In this document: in pieces, positions 41,721 through 53,994 of the stretch
How positions within the stretch are numbered: the stretch's first letter is position 1
How the letters are laid out: each line of letters starts with the position of its first letter
From: Takakia lepidozioides
Lineage: Eukaryota; Plantae; Bryophyta
Direction: 5' to 3'
DNA: 64,000 nt
NCBI GenBank assembly: GCA_030704615.1
Contig: CM060732.1
Location: forward strand, 37,572,001-37,636,000
Position numbers and translations under genes: made by a program
Notes under the pieces: model-generated
Databases searched by the model: none
Told to the model about the DNA's origin: nothing
Seen by the model: only the letters and a program-made list of their open reading frames with translations

Positions 41721-42229
41721 AGGAGAGAGACATCTCTTCTTCCTCAACGACAATCTATAATTGGAGTCCAAATGTAAAATGACTAAGTGCAAGTATCCAA
41801 TTGTAGACAAACTGGGAATGTGACATCCCAGAGTGCAAATCCTCAAAAATCCATAGCTCCATGAACAATCATTTAACTTGCAGAATAACCATACCAACAT
41901 GTGGATATAGTAGATGCCAGATGACTAAGCAATATTCAATCTCGTTTGGGACAAAGATAAACTCACCCATAGGCAAGGCAGTTTGTTTTGTTTTGTAGCG
42001 CGTTAAGATCCCGCATACATTAATATATTTTCCATTGCATAATGAAGGGTTGTTTGGGTGAATTTTTTCTCTACATTAAGGCTGTGTAGTTCCTGGCCTG
42101 TTTTATCAGTATCTCTCGACTTACCCCTCATTTAGGCTGAAAGCACAATTGCAACTTGAAGTCTGTAGTGCGGACAATTCAGACTGGTGATTTGGGTGAT
42201 GGCTATTATATGTATGTAGGATCTGTCTT

Positions 42230-42830
42230 TAAATTTGATGAGAAGTACATGAAATATTTCCAATTAATGGTCTATGCTCATTGAGGAAGTGTTATTCGGT
42301 TGACATGTACAGGGAGGTTGTTTTTCCATGAGCGGTGAGCAGACCCGCCATGAGCATGAGCAGAAGAGAGTCGGAGTGAGAAATTCACAGAACCAGTAGA
42401 ATTATACACTAATCCCGTAGTGACTACAGAGCGACGGAATGCAGGTAAATCGGCGCCAACTTACCTATTTGCCCCATCAAAATGGTCATAAAATGCTCAC
42501 AAAATGGACTATGTAACGGAAAAAAAAAAAAAAACATGTGCTGATATTTTTCCACATTTGATGACTTTGAGAAATACATGAAAGTTTTTCGGGGTTGGTC
42601 TGTGATCAATGAGGAACCCTTACACTGGGCAGGCAGGCATGTACACCAAGATTAACAAGAATACATACACAGAGAGCCACCATCATTTACATTTGATGAC
42701 TTTGAAAAGTACATGAAAATTTTCTGCTGAATGGTCTGTGCTCGATGAGAAACCTTGTGGAAACCCTTATACTTTGCAGGTTGACATATACACCAATTGC
42801 AAGAAGAGTACATACACAGAGCGCGACCTT
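42230..42830 (+). repeat. Three diverged copies of a ~130-140 bp unit
   Basis: ATTTGATGA...AARTACATGAAA...TGGTCTRTG recurs near 42233, 42556 and 42690. Confidence 0.6.
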
Positions 42831-43075
42831 CTCTTGGCTTTTGGAGTTCCGAAATGACCCTACTACTTACCTCCTGTCTGCGATCCCAGTTTTATGACCG
42901 CTTTGCAATAATTCACGGTGATATGTCATACACCCGATCGAAAAAACACTACCTGCTTGTTTTTTTGGCTTGACCAGTAGCTTAGCCAAAATTGATTTGT
43001 TCGCTATACCCGTGAGTTGGATAAGGGAAAATGACGTTGTCCTAGTGTTCGTAGAAAACATCGATTTAATGAAAA

Positions 43076-43378
43076 TGAGGAGATTCTGAACATTGAGGAA
43101 CAATGATGAAAGCAGATGAAGTCGAGTCTGAGGAGATTCTAAACATTGAGGAGCGACGATGAAAGCACAGGAAATTATAAAAGTTGAGGAGATTTTGAAT
43201 ACCCTCTAGCCACGAATGAAGCAGATGAAGTCGAAGTTGAGGAAATTCTGAACATTGAGGAGTCACGGTGAAAGTAGAGGAACTCGAAGTTGAGGAGATT
43301 CTGAACATTGAGGCGCTACAGCCCAAGCTCCTCCACTAGAAGTTGAGGCGAAATTGAAAATTGAGGAGTCACGATGAA
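43076..43378 (+). repeat. Minisatellite, six units of ~53 bp
   Basis: TGAGGAGATTCTGAACATTGAGG core at 43076, 43129, 43185, 43238, 43291 and 43344. Confidence 0.9.
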
Positions 43379-44094
43379 CACCCTGCTCGTTTCGATACTT
43401 GATCATAGAGCTCTCCACCATCACGGGTGTAGTGCATTGCAGTGGTGGTTATGTAAACCTATCACTCTCACTTCTTTGAGTCCCCTCTTCAACACGATCA
43501 GGGAATAAGAGATAATGTTTTACTCTATAATATTTTGACGTGTGGCATTGTAATTATGAAAGAGTGCACTCTGGATTACAAATAATAAAAATGTCCCTAG
43601 GGATCCAACCCCCAGTCGTTAAAATCACTGCAAATTTCCGTAATATACCAATTATAATTTTTTTTTAAATTTCTACGAAATCAGCATGAAACCCGCAGTG
43701 GTTTCCGCGACTGGGTGAAAGCAAGCTACGGTGGCTAGAAAAAGTCCACTGTGTGTCCTACACAAAAAGTCCCAAGGTTTTTCAGAGTTTTGATTTGATG
43801 ATTATGGAAAAAAATATAGTCGTTAGATTCATCCATGCTGAAAGATATCATATATGAACCATCTAAAGTTGACAGTAATAGACACTATGGCATTATTTCT
43901 ATTTTTCCTAGTGCAAGCTATTATTTTTATTTTCTTATTTTATTTCTTATATTTTGTATTTTCGTTAAATCACATAGTGGGACTCGGGCTACTCTTCATC
44001 TACATGAAATGTATCTCTTAGTGAAGCAAGTCCATTGTTTTACTTTGTTTCCATGCATTCATGTACTTTGGCAAAAATCAGTTTTTCGAGGCTC

Positions 44095-44097
<3 letters not shown>

Positions 44098-44137
<40 letters not shown>
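44098..44137. repeat. (AT)n microsatellite
   Basis: Uninterrupted AT run. Confidence 0.95.
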
Positions 44138-44139
<2 letters not shown>

Positions 44140-44491
44140 TGTTTTTTATAGGACTTTAGTATTTTAAAGAGTAGAGCAGTACTAATATGAGTCATTTTTA
44201 TCATATTTGTTTTCTATAGTGAGTGCAAAAAGTCCATAAGAAGTCTTTTTATGGACTGTGACACTGCGTATGCAATTTTCTAAAGTCCATTATTTCGACA
44301 AATCAACTTCATGTCTTGGTGAGAATTTAAAGATTATAGCTTGTAGTAGTTGGAAACATAAGAGTGAGTCTCATTTCATCATTGTAATAAAAATTTGTCT
44401 CTAAGGTACAATTGAATCAAACTATGTCATATAAAACACTGTTGTGATACATTTGGAGCTAGCATTTGTAATCTATTTTACAGTATTACTA

Positions 44492-44956
44492 TCACGTTCC
44501 AGTACTCCATACAAGATCAGTCACTGTTGGACTGACACAGTACATAACAAGGTTTCCATCATCTTGTACCACAAGGATGACTTCTTGTGCATTTCCTTGT
44601 GGACAAGTATGTGGACCAGTGCTCCAAAGCTGACGTTTTTTGCCATTATAAACCACCAAATTTCCATCAGTCTGCATAGAAGCGTAACAGTTGGAACCTT
44701 TGTTATATGTGCCGCTGCTCCATAGTGCTTGCCTGGTACCTAACTTGAATAGCACCAAATTGCAATCCCGTTGCATAACAAGATTGTATTTCGAAGACTG
44801 ACTTTTGAGGTAGTCTCTTTCATGCAAGCTGTCTGATTGATACAAACAACAACTCCCAATGAGATTTGGAAGACAACAAGCACTCTTAGCTGGGACTATG
44901 GAAACTATAAGACATAAAAGTATCAACACTGTTTTGGACACACTTTTGGCATCCAT
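44492..44956 (-). CDS. Secreted GNA-related (bulb-type) mannose-binding lectin, intronless, 154 aa
   Basis: Hydrophobic signal peptide and three QxDxNxVxY-type motifs (QRDCNLVLF, QTDGNLVVY, QDDGNLVMY), each followed by WS(S/T)G. Confidence 0.88.
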   Translation of the reverse strand: MDAKSVSKTVLILLCLIVSIVPAKSACCLPNLIGSCCLYQSDSLHERDYLKSQSSKYNLVMQRDCNLVLFKLGTRQALWSSGTYNKGSNCYASMQTDGNLVVYNGKKRQLWSTGPHTCPQGNAQEVILVVQDDGNLVMYCVSPTVTDLVWSTGT

Positions 44957-46295
44957 ATCGTTGTTTTATGTTTCACAAAACTGGAAGTTGAGGTCTAATG
45001 AGCTCCTACATATTGATTTGTCTTTTTGTACAATCATGTTAAACAGTGGAATGAAAATTATTAGTTAGACAGACAAAACTATTGAGTAATTTTTATTCGA
45101 AAAATATGATAAAATATTAAGTCATATTGAAAGGTTCGATGTCGATACAAACATTTGTCAATGTAGACAAATCTGCAACGTCAACATACCATCGTCATAC
45201 TATGATCATTGCGTTGTCCAATTGAATATGCAACATTGCATAAGTTAATGATGTCGAAATGGATCGAAATGGATGATTCCAATCTATGATATATATTCAT
45301 ATTTTACTAAAAAAATTGGCTCCTCTTTATTGGGCCATGCCTTATAAAGGTAATCATGACTACGCATTCATTTGGATCTACAACTACCTTAACTCTACAA
45401 TAGCTTGGACCTTAATGTTAGAAGTAGGTAATCTTGTCTTGACTAAGCATTTACATGGTCTACAACTACCTTACCGTTAAAAGTAGTTGGACTATAATAT
45501 TAGGGCTATATATTTATTTGGGTTTACAACTATCTTAACGTTATTTAATGTAGCTTGGGCCTTAACGTTAAAAGTTTAGGGTAGTTCTATGTCATTATTA
45601 TGGCATGGCCCTCATGTAACTTACACCTTTTATTCTAAAGAAGAGACTACGCATCAGTGTCAAAATCGCTAAGCACTTGTATATAAGGCCTTTCCTGACT
45701 GCATTTAGTTTTTATTGTTGTGATGATTTAAAAGTTTACACTCATTTTTGTGTAGAGTAGTAGTAGGGTCCCATCAGTGCCACATCTAAAATGTTTAAAA
45801 CAAATAAAGCCAACTTCAAATCAACTTCTTCCCTTGAATATACATCTAGATGCAAAGATGTGCAAGTTGTGGAACTGATTTTGAAAACTATTTTCTGAAA
45901 CTACGTGCATGAATTTTTAATTTATATTTAGAATATATATTTAAATGATAAAAATGATACCAATGTAATATATCAATTTCCTTGTAGGTATTAACGGTTT
46001 TGCCAAAGGTAACATATGTTAGATGTAGATCAACATAATAGTGTTATTGTGTTGGAAGACAAGGCTAATGCATTTAAAATGTATGCTCTAATATTATTTT
46101 ATGAATCCTTATATATATATATATATATATATATTGTCATAGCAAGCATAAAGTATAGTGTCATGAAGGAGGACACATTTATGACATTCAACATGTGGTT
46201 TAAATCCACAACCTACATAGTGAATAAGCTTGTGCCCTTACCACTTGGCTAAACGTTTGTTGTCGATAAAATAAGACAGTGGAACATGAAGTGTT

Positions 46296-47319
46296 TGTTA
46301 GACTAGAAAACTGACCCTCTGCACTTGTGCAGGAGGGAGGGAGGGAGGGAGGGACTCATCAAGGGGCTCAGTGGAGCTAGAGCCACGAATCTCGCTGGAG
46401 GGTACGCCCCAGGGAAGCCCAACACCTAGGGAGGGGTGAGCAGCTACGAGCTGCAACCGGGCAACGAGCTACGAAGAGGCTATGAGCTCGACAGGAGCTA
46501 CAAGCAACGAAACCCTTACGAGCCCGACTCTAGCTACGACCATGTCCGAAGCAACGAAGGGCCGAGTCGCTACGAAGGGGATAAAGACTACGAAGCGCGG
46601 ACTGCTATAGAAGGCCAAGTAATTTCTTGGGAAAGGACGCGCACTGCTATCATCACACGAGGAGGACGCAAGGGAGGATCTCCAGGCAATCATCATGAGA
46701 AGATGAGGGCGGAGGACGCGATGCTGGCAAAGGGAGATAGACAAACAGCAGCAGGGGGATGCACGATCATTGGCACGAATGAGAGATTGGGGAAAAGTAG
46801 CATGATCTAGAGGAGAGAGACAGGGAGAGAGCTGCTGCGATTTTGGGAGAGAGAGAGAGTATCGTCAGGAGGCAACAATGGAGGACGCAGTAGCTAGGGA
46901 TATAAGGAGGTAGTCGCAGACTAAGAGGGGGATAAGAGTCCCAACAGTGGGGAATAGGAGGTAATCAGGCTGTGACAACATACAACAGAGAGACACCATA
47001 CTATGAAACACTCGGCTGAGCCCCACTGTAATAGGGAGGTTGAGCGCTCCGGATTGGAGTTGTTGGGGAAGTAAAAAGGGATACGATCAAGGGAGATCTT
47101 CAGGAGATCCGTGTGTGCAGTCAGCCCGTGTCGTCTTGTATGCTTATTGTTGATTTGTCTTGTATATTGTCTTAAGTTCGCACAAGAATCTACCCCCAAC
47201 GCGTTGCATCGCGGCTTCGTGGTGCAGCTACCGGAGGGCAAGTACTGTAGGTGCATAAGAAATTGTGCGGATTGTTTTTTGAGTGTTTTGAGCCAAGAAA
47301 ACCAAATTGTACGTAGACA
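46296..47319 (+). mobile_element. Probable solo LTR (~1024 bp)
   Basis: TGT...ACA termini; flanks GTGTT / GTGTA (4 of 5 match, TSD-like); TATA-like GATATAAG near 46900; internal GAGCTACGA repeats; no coding capacity. Confidence 0.7.
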
Positions 47320-48249
47320 GTGTAGAATCATGACCATTTGTTACAGAAACGGTGAAACATCGACGCAGCTACTGATATGGCCATTAAATGGAAGAGTCTG
47401 CATCGTCCACGAAGCCAAAGCGCTCAGGAGTTTATACGACTAGGGTACTTGCAAGGAGCAGTAGTTGAAGGCGTGCGATTACGGTCGTCCATTCGAACAT
47501 CTAGGGGCCAATTATATGACTGTGGGCAACGGTTTGTCTATTCCTCACCTCAACGTCCGATCGTTATTTCAATTGAAGGCAAGCAAGAAGAGCTTGGCCT
47601 TAAGAAAAAAATGTCCGATGGGCTGTGCTGTGCTGTAAACGACACGGTTGATAACAGTCTCGCAATGTACCATATATCAATTTTCACATTGCTCCAATGC
47701 AGTTTCATGAAGACGCTGGAGGCGTGGAGCACAAATGCTTATGGTTACAATTTTTATTTCAAGCTCGGATACGTCAGTGACAGTGATCAAGCATAGGTTC
47801 ATCTGTGTTTTAGTTCATTCATGCAAACAGACATTGTAGTGCGACAAGCAGCAAACTGTCGGCAGTGTATTTTTTTTCCCAGGAGGACAATTAAATTTTT
47901 GTGTATGAAATCAATTCAAGAAGATTTCAAGATGTCTTGGTCTTCTATCAAAAATCCTAAAGAGGTTTTATCCAGCGGTAGCGGCCGACTGGGATTTTGC
48001 TGTACAAAGTACCTTCAACGAACAAGACGAAGCCAGAATCGAGCGCTGTTTGGGGAGGGTTTTTTTGTGTTTGTCTAATAATGGTAAAAGATGATATGGA
48101 AGGAATTTCAGCCCCAAGCGTCGATCTTTCCACGACCAAAAAATATGCTACAGTTTTCAACGTGCAATTGCAGCTTGTTGATTTTCCATGGTTGATGGTG
48201 GACCCATATGGACCTGAAGTTTAGTGGGCATTTCAAGCGTACCCCAAGG

Positions 48250-49120
48250 GAATTTGTGGGCCAAGTTTCAAGATTTTTGGAGAGGATTTGCAACAAATCA
48301 CCATTTATGAAGATTTTGAGCATTCGTGGCCACAAGAAATTCAATTGGAGTGGATTTTTGGGCCTAAAAGATCTAAGAGCGCCCTAGGACAGCTAGTTGG
48401 ATGAAATATTATACCTACCAACCAAGAAGTGTTGAAATCTTTTCTCATCCAAGGATTTTGGATATTCCATCCAATCATTTTTATAGTTTTTCTAGTATAT
48501 AGGGCTTAGGAGGTGAGCTTGCTCACCACTTCACTTCTAGTTTTTTCTTGCTTAGTGCTTGTTAGTTAGTTGCTTAGAGGGCTTGTTTGAGAGCAAGACT
48601 TTGCTTTATGCAACTTGTTTTGTGAAGTCCTAGTTTGCTTGTGAGCTTAGAGCTTCGCCTAGATATTTTAAGCAAGCTTAGAGGAAGCAACTAGTGCAAC
48701 TTAGGAAGACTAGGGATACCCTAGATACTTAAGTTGTAGGCCAAGTGCCATTTATGCTTTGAAAAATAGAGATCTTCACCAAAAAAAAAAAATGGTGTGC
48801 AACTTGAGAGTGTGGTGATTCCCTAGAGAGAGAAGAGGAGGTATGAAGCAACAAACCCCATAGGAGAGGTGAGCTCCTACCCCTTCCCCTAGGTTTTGGT
48901 AGTCCACTTAACCAAGTGAAACCCTTTTAGAGTGGATAGAAGTACCTCTTGTTCCTTTTTGCATGTGTTTTGCTCTTTTGTCCTTTGTTGTTGCAAGTGC
49001 TTGTTCTAATTCTTGTTCACTTCTCTAACCAAAAAGAGTGGTAGAGTATGGGAAAAAAAAAAAAACTAACCCCCTTCGTGGCCAGGAAGCCCAAAGGTTT
49101 ACTTGCTTTGTGTTTAAAAG
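48250..49120. mobile_element. LTR-like non-coding repeat remnant; boundaries uncertain
   Basis: TATATAGGG followed by TTGCTTAG-rich low-complexity sequence resembling plant LTRs; no termini identified. Confidence 0.3.
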
Positions 49121-49122
49121 TT

Positions 49123-49395
49123 GAGAGTGAGAAGACTCCGGCCGAGGCCGGCGTAACTAAGAGTCATTTCACCTTGCGGCTACTGAGGGTGGGCCCTTTA
49201 TAAATATAACAGGTGTCCAGGGGACACCTAGTAACCGGGGTTAAGAGGTATCTCTGGGTACCTAGGGTACCCTAGGGTACCAAAGATGGGGTGGATTCGA
49301 GTTTCCGCTTATTGGTTATAATGGCTGTGAGAGAGCGAAGTGCCGTAAGGTGGATGTCTTTAAAGCATGGAGGTGGTGGGGATTTTACAGTTATA
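49123..49395 (-). mobile_element. 3'-terminal fragment of the Dualen-like LINE family
   Basis: Encodes CFKDIHLTALRSLTAIITNKRKLES; shares the terminal hairpin and CT-rich tail with the copies at 52552 and 56857. Confidence 0.75.
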
Positions 49396-51092
49396 TCACA
49401 TATAATAATTCGTAACCCAATCTCCAGTACTTTGGATGAACAACTACATGTAGCATTATCAAGTGGCTGATAAGTACAGATTTTGCAATAGAGGTGCAAA
49501 TTGGATGAAGACATATCAAGTCTCAACCACTGATAGATGCCTCAGTACACATTGTTGACATTGACACTGCATTGTTTTCAGCGTCCCGTTCACTCACTAT
49601 TACAGATCATACCCTCTCTATGTTCATTGTGAGCCTCAATATCTACAAACAGAAGTGAAGTGTGGCGTTGTGGATGGAGGCCTGCCCACATAAGATGGCA
49701 CAATCTATAGACCATGTCCTTGCTCAAAACATGAGCACACCGTATGATGAGCTCGAATGTACCATTGATGACTACTTAAGCATGAAGGTAATCAAAGCTG
49801 AAATCTCAACAATTCTCACCTACTTAGGTCATTCCCTATACAAAGTACAGAGTATATTTATCCTTTAAAGTTAACATGGCCCATCTTCCTCCACCCGCAA
49901 CCAATATACTTCATATGAAACGGAACTTCTTTGGTTATACGAAGATTTGGTCAAATTTCTTCCTGCTATTGAATTGATGGTCAACAATTATATGGGGAAC
50001 ACCACATTATCCTAAAATCATGCTCAAGGTTCTTATGCTGCAAAGATGCTCAAAACCCTTCAAATTGACTTTGGCAAAATGGGATTCAATTTTATAGTCT
50101 ACTCCACAATAGTTAATTTGGAAAATAACACAGAGCAATGTTGCAGCTCAGTACTCCTATGGGTTGATGCTAAGGGTTATCAAGCAATTGGAGTCGAGGC
50201 TTTCAACACAAAAGACAGTAAAAGAAATGGTGAAACGTATAGACACCACAACAAACCAACCTTGATGTGACTGACCATCGAGTGCACATCAGTGACCGGA
50301 GGTTGAAGTCAAATTCGGCCAACAATGGCATTAACGACTGCACATAGACTACTCTCTCTTGTTCTGCCACCTACACCCATCTGCAATCATTTTAAGAGTC
50401 TCACCATAATGGTTCTTCTAATTAGGAAATAGAAATAAAAACCCTAGATTTAATTATATCTATTCCTATTTTCTGGTAATCTTCTAAGCAGAAAACCCCT
50501 TTAAAATTATTTACTTAGGTTGGAAATTCACTAATTCTAAAAAATAGGCATCAGATAGGAATTTATGTTCATCCCTGCAATTGGATGAAAAACTGCATTC
50601 CTCATCCTATATTTATCCACCGTTCATTCATTCGGTGGATGAAATACTGCTTATTTCATCCACCGTCATCCATCCGTAAAAAATCAACTCAAGGACACAT
50701 GCCGGTCACTCGGTCGTCTCTCTCGTTTGGAACCCTAATGATCATTGGTTCAAATTCTATGGACTTTCTTCCCTCTATCCTTCGCCGAGATGTCTCCTGC
50801 AAGGCCGTTTCGGCCCCTAGAAAATTCCTATGGCTCTAAACGACGGCCCCGAGATGACCTTAGCAGCCCCCCCTCAACTCAAGATTAGCCACTAAAATCT
50901 ACCCCAAATGCACTATCCTTACCCCTCATGCTATATTAATCTCCCTCCAAAGATTTAAATGGTCACCCCCATATCCTGGGGACCGTTGGTTAATATAAAG
51001 ATGTCTTTATCCAGAGGTCCTGCAGTCTGTCACCCTCGAGATGGTGCGGCGCGGGCCCCGCGGCTTAATCCAGCAGTTAAAACAGCCTGTCC

Positions 51093-51630
51093 ATGGCTGT
51101 GTTCAACAGTATGGCTGAACAAGATGTGGTGTCGTGGAGTGCGATGTTTGCAGGGTATGCACAACAGGGGTGCGGGATGGAGGCTTTGGAGACCTATGAG
51201 CAAATGATGGGGGAAGGGGTGAAGCCCGGCGACATAATGTTTATATGCGTTTGCAGTGCGTCTGGCAGCCCTGGAAAAGGGCAAAGATATCCATGGTGAC
51301 ATCATCAAATCTGCAATTGTACCATATGTCATCCTGAACACTACTCTGGTGGACTTATAGGCAAGCTGGAATTATACTACATGTCGTTCTGAACTATGCC
51401 AGATCGTGGACTTGTATGCCAAATGTGGGTGCATGGAGGATGCAAAGGGAGTGTTCAACAACATGGCTGAACGAAATGTGGTGTTGTGGAGTGCAATGAT
51501 CGTAGGATATGTACAGCAGGGGCAGGGCAAGGGGTTGAGGCTTGGTGACCTATGAGTAAATGGTGCAGGAAGGGGGTGTTCAGCCCAACCACTGCATGAT
51601 GTTTGGTTGCATCTACAATGCTTTGCAGAT
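51093..51630 (+). pseudogene. Degenerate PLS-class PPR gene fragment
   Basis: VFNSMAEQDVVSWSAMFAGYAQQG and a second LYAKCGCMEDAKGVFNNMAERNVVLWSAMIVGYVQQG motif, with frameshifts and stops. Confidence 0.75.
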
Positions 51631-51795
51631 TCAGATACTTATACATGTCTCTTGCATATTAAAAGCATGAAGATGATAGGCACAGAAGTTGGAAATTAGC
51701 AGCAGCATGCCCACTGTCCCCTTGCTTTATTATTAAAAAAAACTGTTTTGAGCCATCCAAATGTTTTTGGTACCTGCGTTGCATTTGTATTATAT

Positions 51796-51834
<39 letters not shown>

Positions 51835-52189
51835 CTTGTATTCGCAATGTATTTTCAGTGAAGTGCAGCAAATCAAAACCAATATATATATATATAGCCC
51901 TAAGCACTAATTATATATTAAACCAATATAAACCAATATAAACCAAATATAAACCTACACCAATCAAAATCCATATATATGTATATGTATAATTGATGAT
52001 ATATATGCATGTATATATATATATACAGTAATGAAACATATTTATTAAAACACTTGCATTTTCACTGATTCACGGTAAAACCCTGCACTATGCACAGTTA
52101 ATAATTTCGCTATATACTCATTTGACCTACTTTACTGTAGTGAAACAACTTTACTCCACGTCATACATCCTCCAAGGTCGGGTGGGTCC

Positions 52190-52377
52190 CACTATTTTAC
52201 TGTCACATTTGACTGTCAAAACCTGACACCTCGGTTTGACTCCCTTACTGAAACGACTTGACCATTGTCACTATCCTGTCAGAGCAGTTTGACCATCAAG
52301 GGCGACAGTAAAAGTGTCACAAACAACTCAAAAAAGAGTTAAACACATAGTCGAAAAACTCACTTCTTGTTGTAGTG
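52190..52377. mobile_element. Orphan right end of a CACTA-like element
   Basis: Reverse complement CACTACAACAAGAAG at 52377 with clustered TTGAC/ACTGTCA subterminal repeats; partner end not found. Confidence 0.45.
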
Positions 52378-52551
52378 TTGCTTACAATTTTTTCCTTATT
52401 TGAATCCCGCTTGTATTTTTTTATTTTTTAAAATTCAATGACATCCAATATTGGCGATCGCCTGTATTTTTTAATTTTAAAAATGAAGCGACCTCCAATA
52501 TTGGCGGTCGCTTGTTTTTCTTTTAATTTTGTAAAAAGAAACGACCTCCAA

Positions 52552-52626
52552 AGAGAGAGAGAAGTCTCCGGCCAAAACCGGCGTAACTCAGAACCACTTC
52601 ACCTCACAGCTACTATCCCCTCTCAG
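52552..52626 (-). mobile_element. 75-bp 5'-truncated insertion of the Dualen-like LINE 3' end with a 10-bp TSD
   Basis: Flanked by CGACCTCCAA at 52542-52551 and 52627-52636; homologous to the 49123 and 56857 termini. Confidence 0.78.
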
Positions 52627-53839
52627 CGACCTCCAATATTGGTGGTCGTTTGTTTTTTTCAAGAAATGAAGCATTGCGTCAATTTTTCGAAAAAAATACC
52701 CCCACCCCCCCCCCCCCCCCCCCCCCCCGCCCAAAGAATAAATGGAAAAAAAAAAGAAAAAAAAATGGGGGACAAAGTGTACACATGTTTTGCAGTCCCC
52801 CAAAGAAAAGAAAAAAACGAGTTTTTTGTTTGTTTGTTTGTTTGTTTGTTTGGGTTGACAATGTCAACTTGCAGCCCAAAAAAAAAAAACCAAAAAAAAC
52901 GTGTTTTTAAAATTTTGTCTTTTGGTGATTTTGACGAGGGCTGGAAAACAATTCTGCATCAATGCACATTTGTTTTGCAGCGCACAAACACACACACCAA
53001 AAAAACAAAAAATATATATATTTTTATTTTTTATTATTTATTTATTTTGGTGATTTTGATGAGGGTTGGAAAACATGTGTGCGTCAAGCAAACTTGTTTT
53101 GCAGCACACACATGTATTTCATTCCTCTTCCTTCCCCACTATGAGGGTAAGAGCCCTCATAGACATGTTCAACTTTCGACATATGGTTTGTTAATTTTGT
53201 TTGTACGAAATTTCGTTATGAACAGAAAAACATGCACTTCGCACTTATCAATATAATAGGTTTCTAACATTATAAATCAATAGGCCCCTTCCTGTCCATG
53301 GATATAGACTTTGCTTCTTGGATCTGCTCACGCTTAATCGGCATCTGCTCACGCTTTGTGGGCAAAGCGTGACTACGCTCACGTGAGCCGCTGGCGGCGT
53401 AGCTTCTCCTTAGACTCACGTAGTGATGTTGTCTTCTTGTTGTACATGAACTGCACCACTGTGCTTCTATGACTGATCTTAAACAAAGCTCTTCTTATGA
53501 TTTATGCGTATGAGTGCATCCTTTGTTAATCATTGTAAGGAGAATTTCAACAATTTTATGATAGCAAGTGTGACATCATATGCAATTTCACAAAATTCAT
53601 TGATTTATTATATCATAATATTATTAATATTTGAATTAATTTAATTCACTAATATATATTAATTTTCGTCCGGATTTAAGCCAAAAGCCCGGAATTTTTT
53701 TACAATGGTAAAAAATCCAATAGTGAAGTTTGTTGTTTTTAATCCAAAGACAATCTATAAGGTGCGCCCCCACATTGGGGGCTGTAGTGTGAATATGTGG
53801 AGCTCAGAATACACCTGCTATTCTAATTTTTTTTTGCCT

Positions 53840-53992
53840 TATGCGTGTGAAGATGAGGCTGTGCAGAAGTATCAACACCGTTTGAAACGCTCTTTTGGCA
53901 TCCATATTGTTGTTGTATGTTTTCACGAAGGAAGTTGAGGTCTAATTGCCCCCCTATATATTAGTTCGTCTGTCTATACAATCATGTTAAAT
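53840..53992 (-). pseudogene. Paralogous promoter, 5' UTR and signal-peptide start of the lectin gene (ATG at 53905), without a recognisable lectin domain
   Basis: Clear nucleotide similarity to approx. 44918-45043; encodes MDAKRAFQTVLILL versus MDAKSVSKTVLILL. Confidence 0.65.
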
Positions 53993-53994
53993 AA

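Noticed and set aside
43076-43378. CRISPR-like repeat-spacer appearance
   Set aside because: Eukaryotic context, no cas genes, and most spacers are related to each other; treated as a minisatellite
49111-49395. Possible TSD (TTTAAAAGTT / TTTTACAGTT) around the LINE 3' fragment
   Set aside because: The right-hand sequence is homologous to internal element sequence in the 56857 copy, so it is not a flank
49400-50280. Coding-like degenerate stretch with short ORFs
   Set aside because: Many stops and no motif I can assign without a search
52438-53256. 272-aa ORF with poly-Pro and poly-Lys
   Set aside because: Produced by homopolymer and microsatellite tracts in repeat DNA; no protein-like composition
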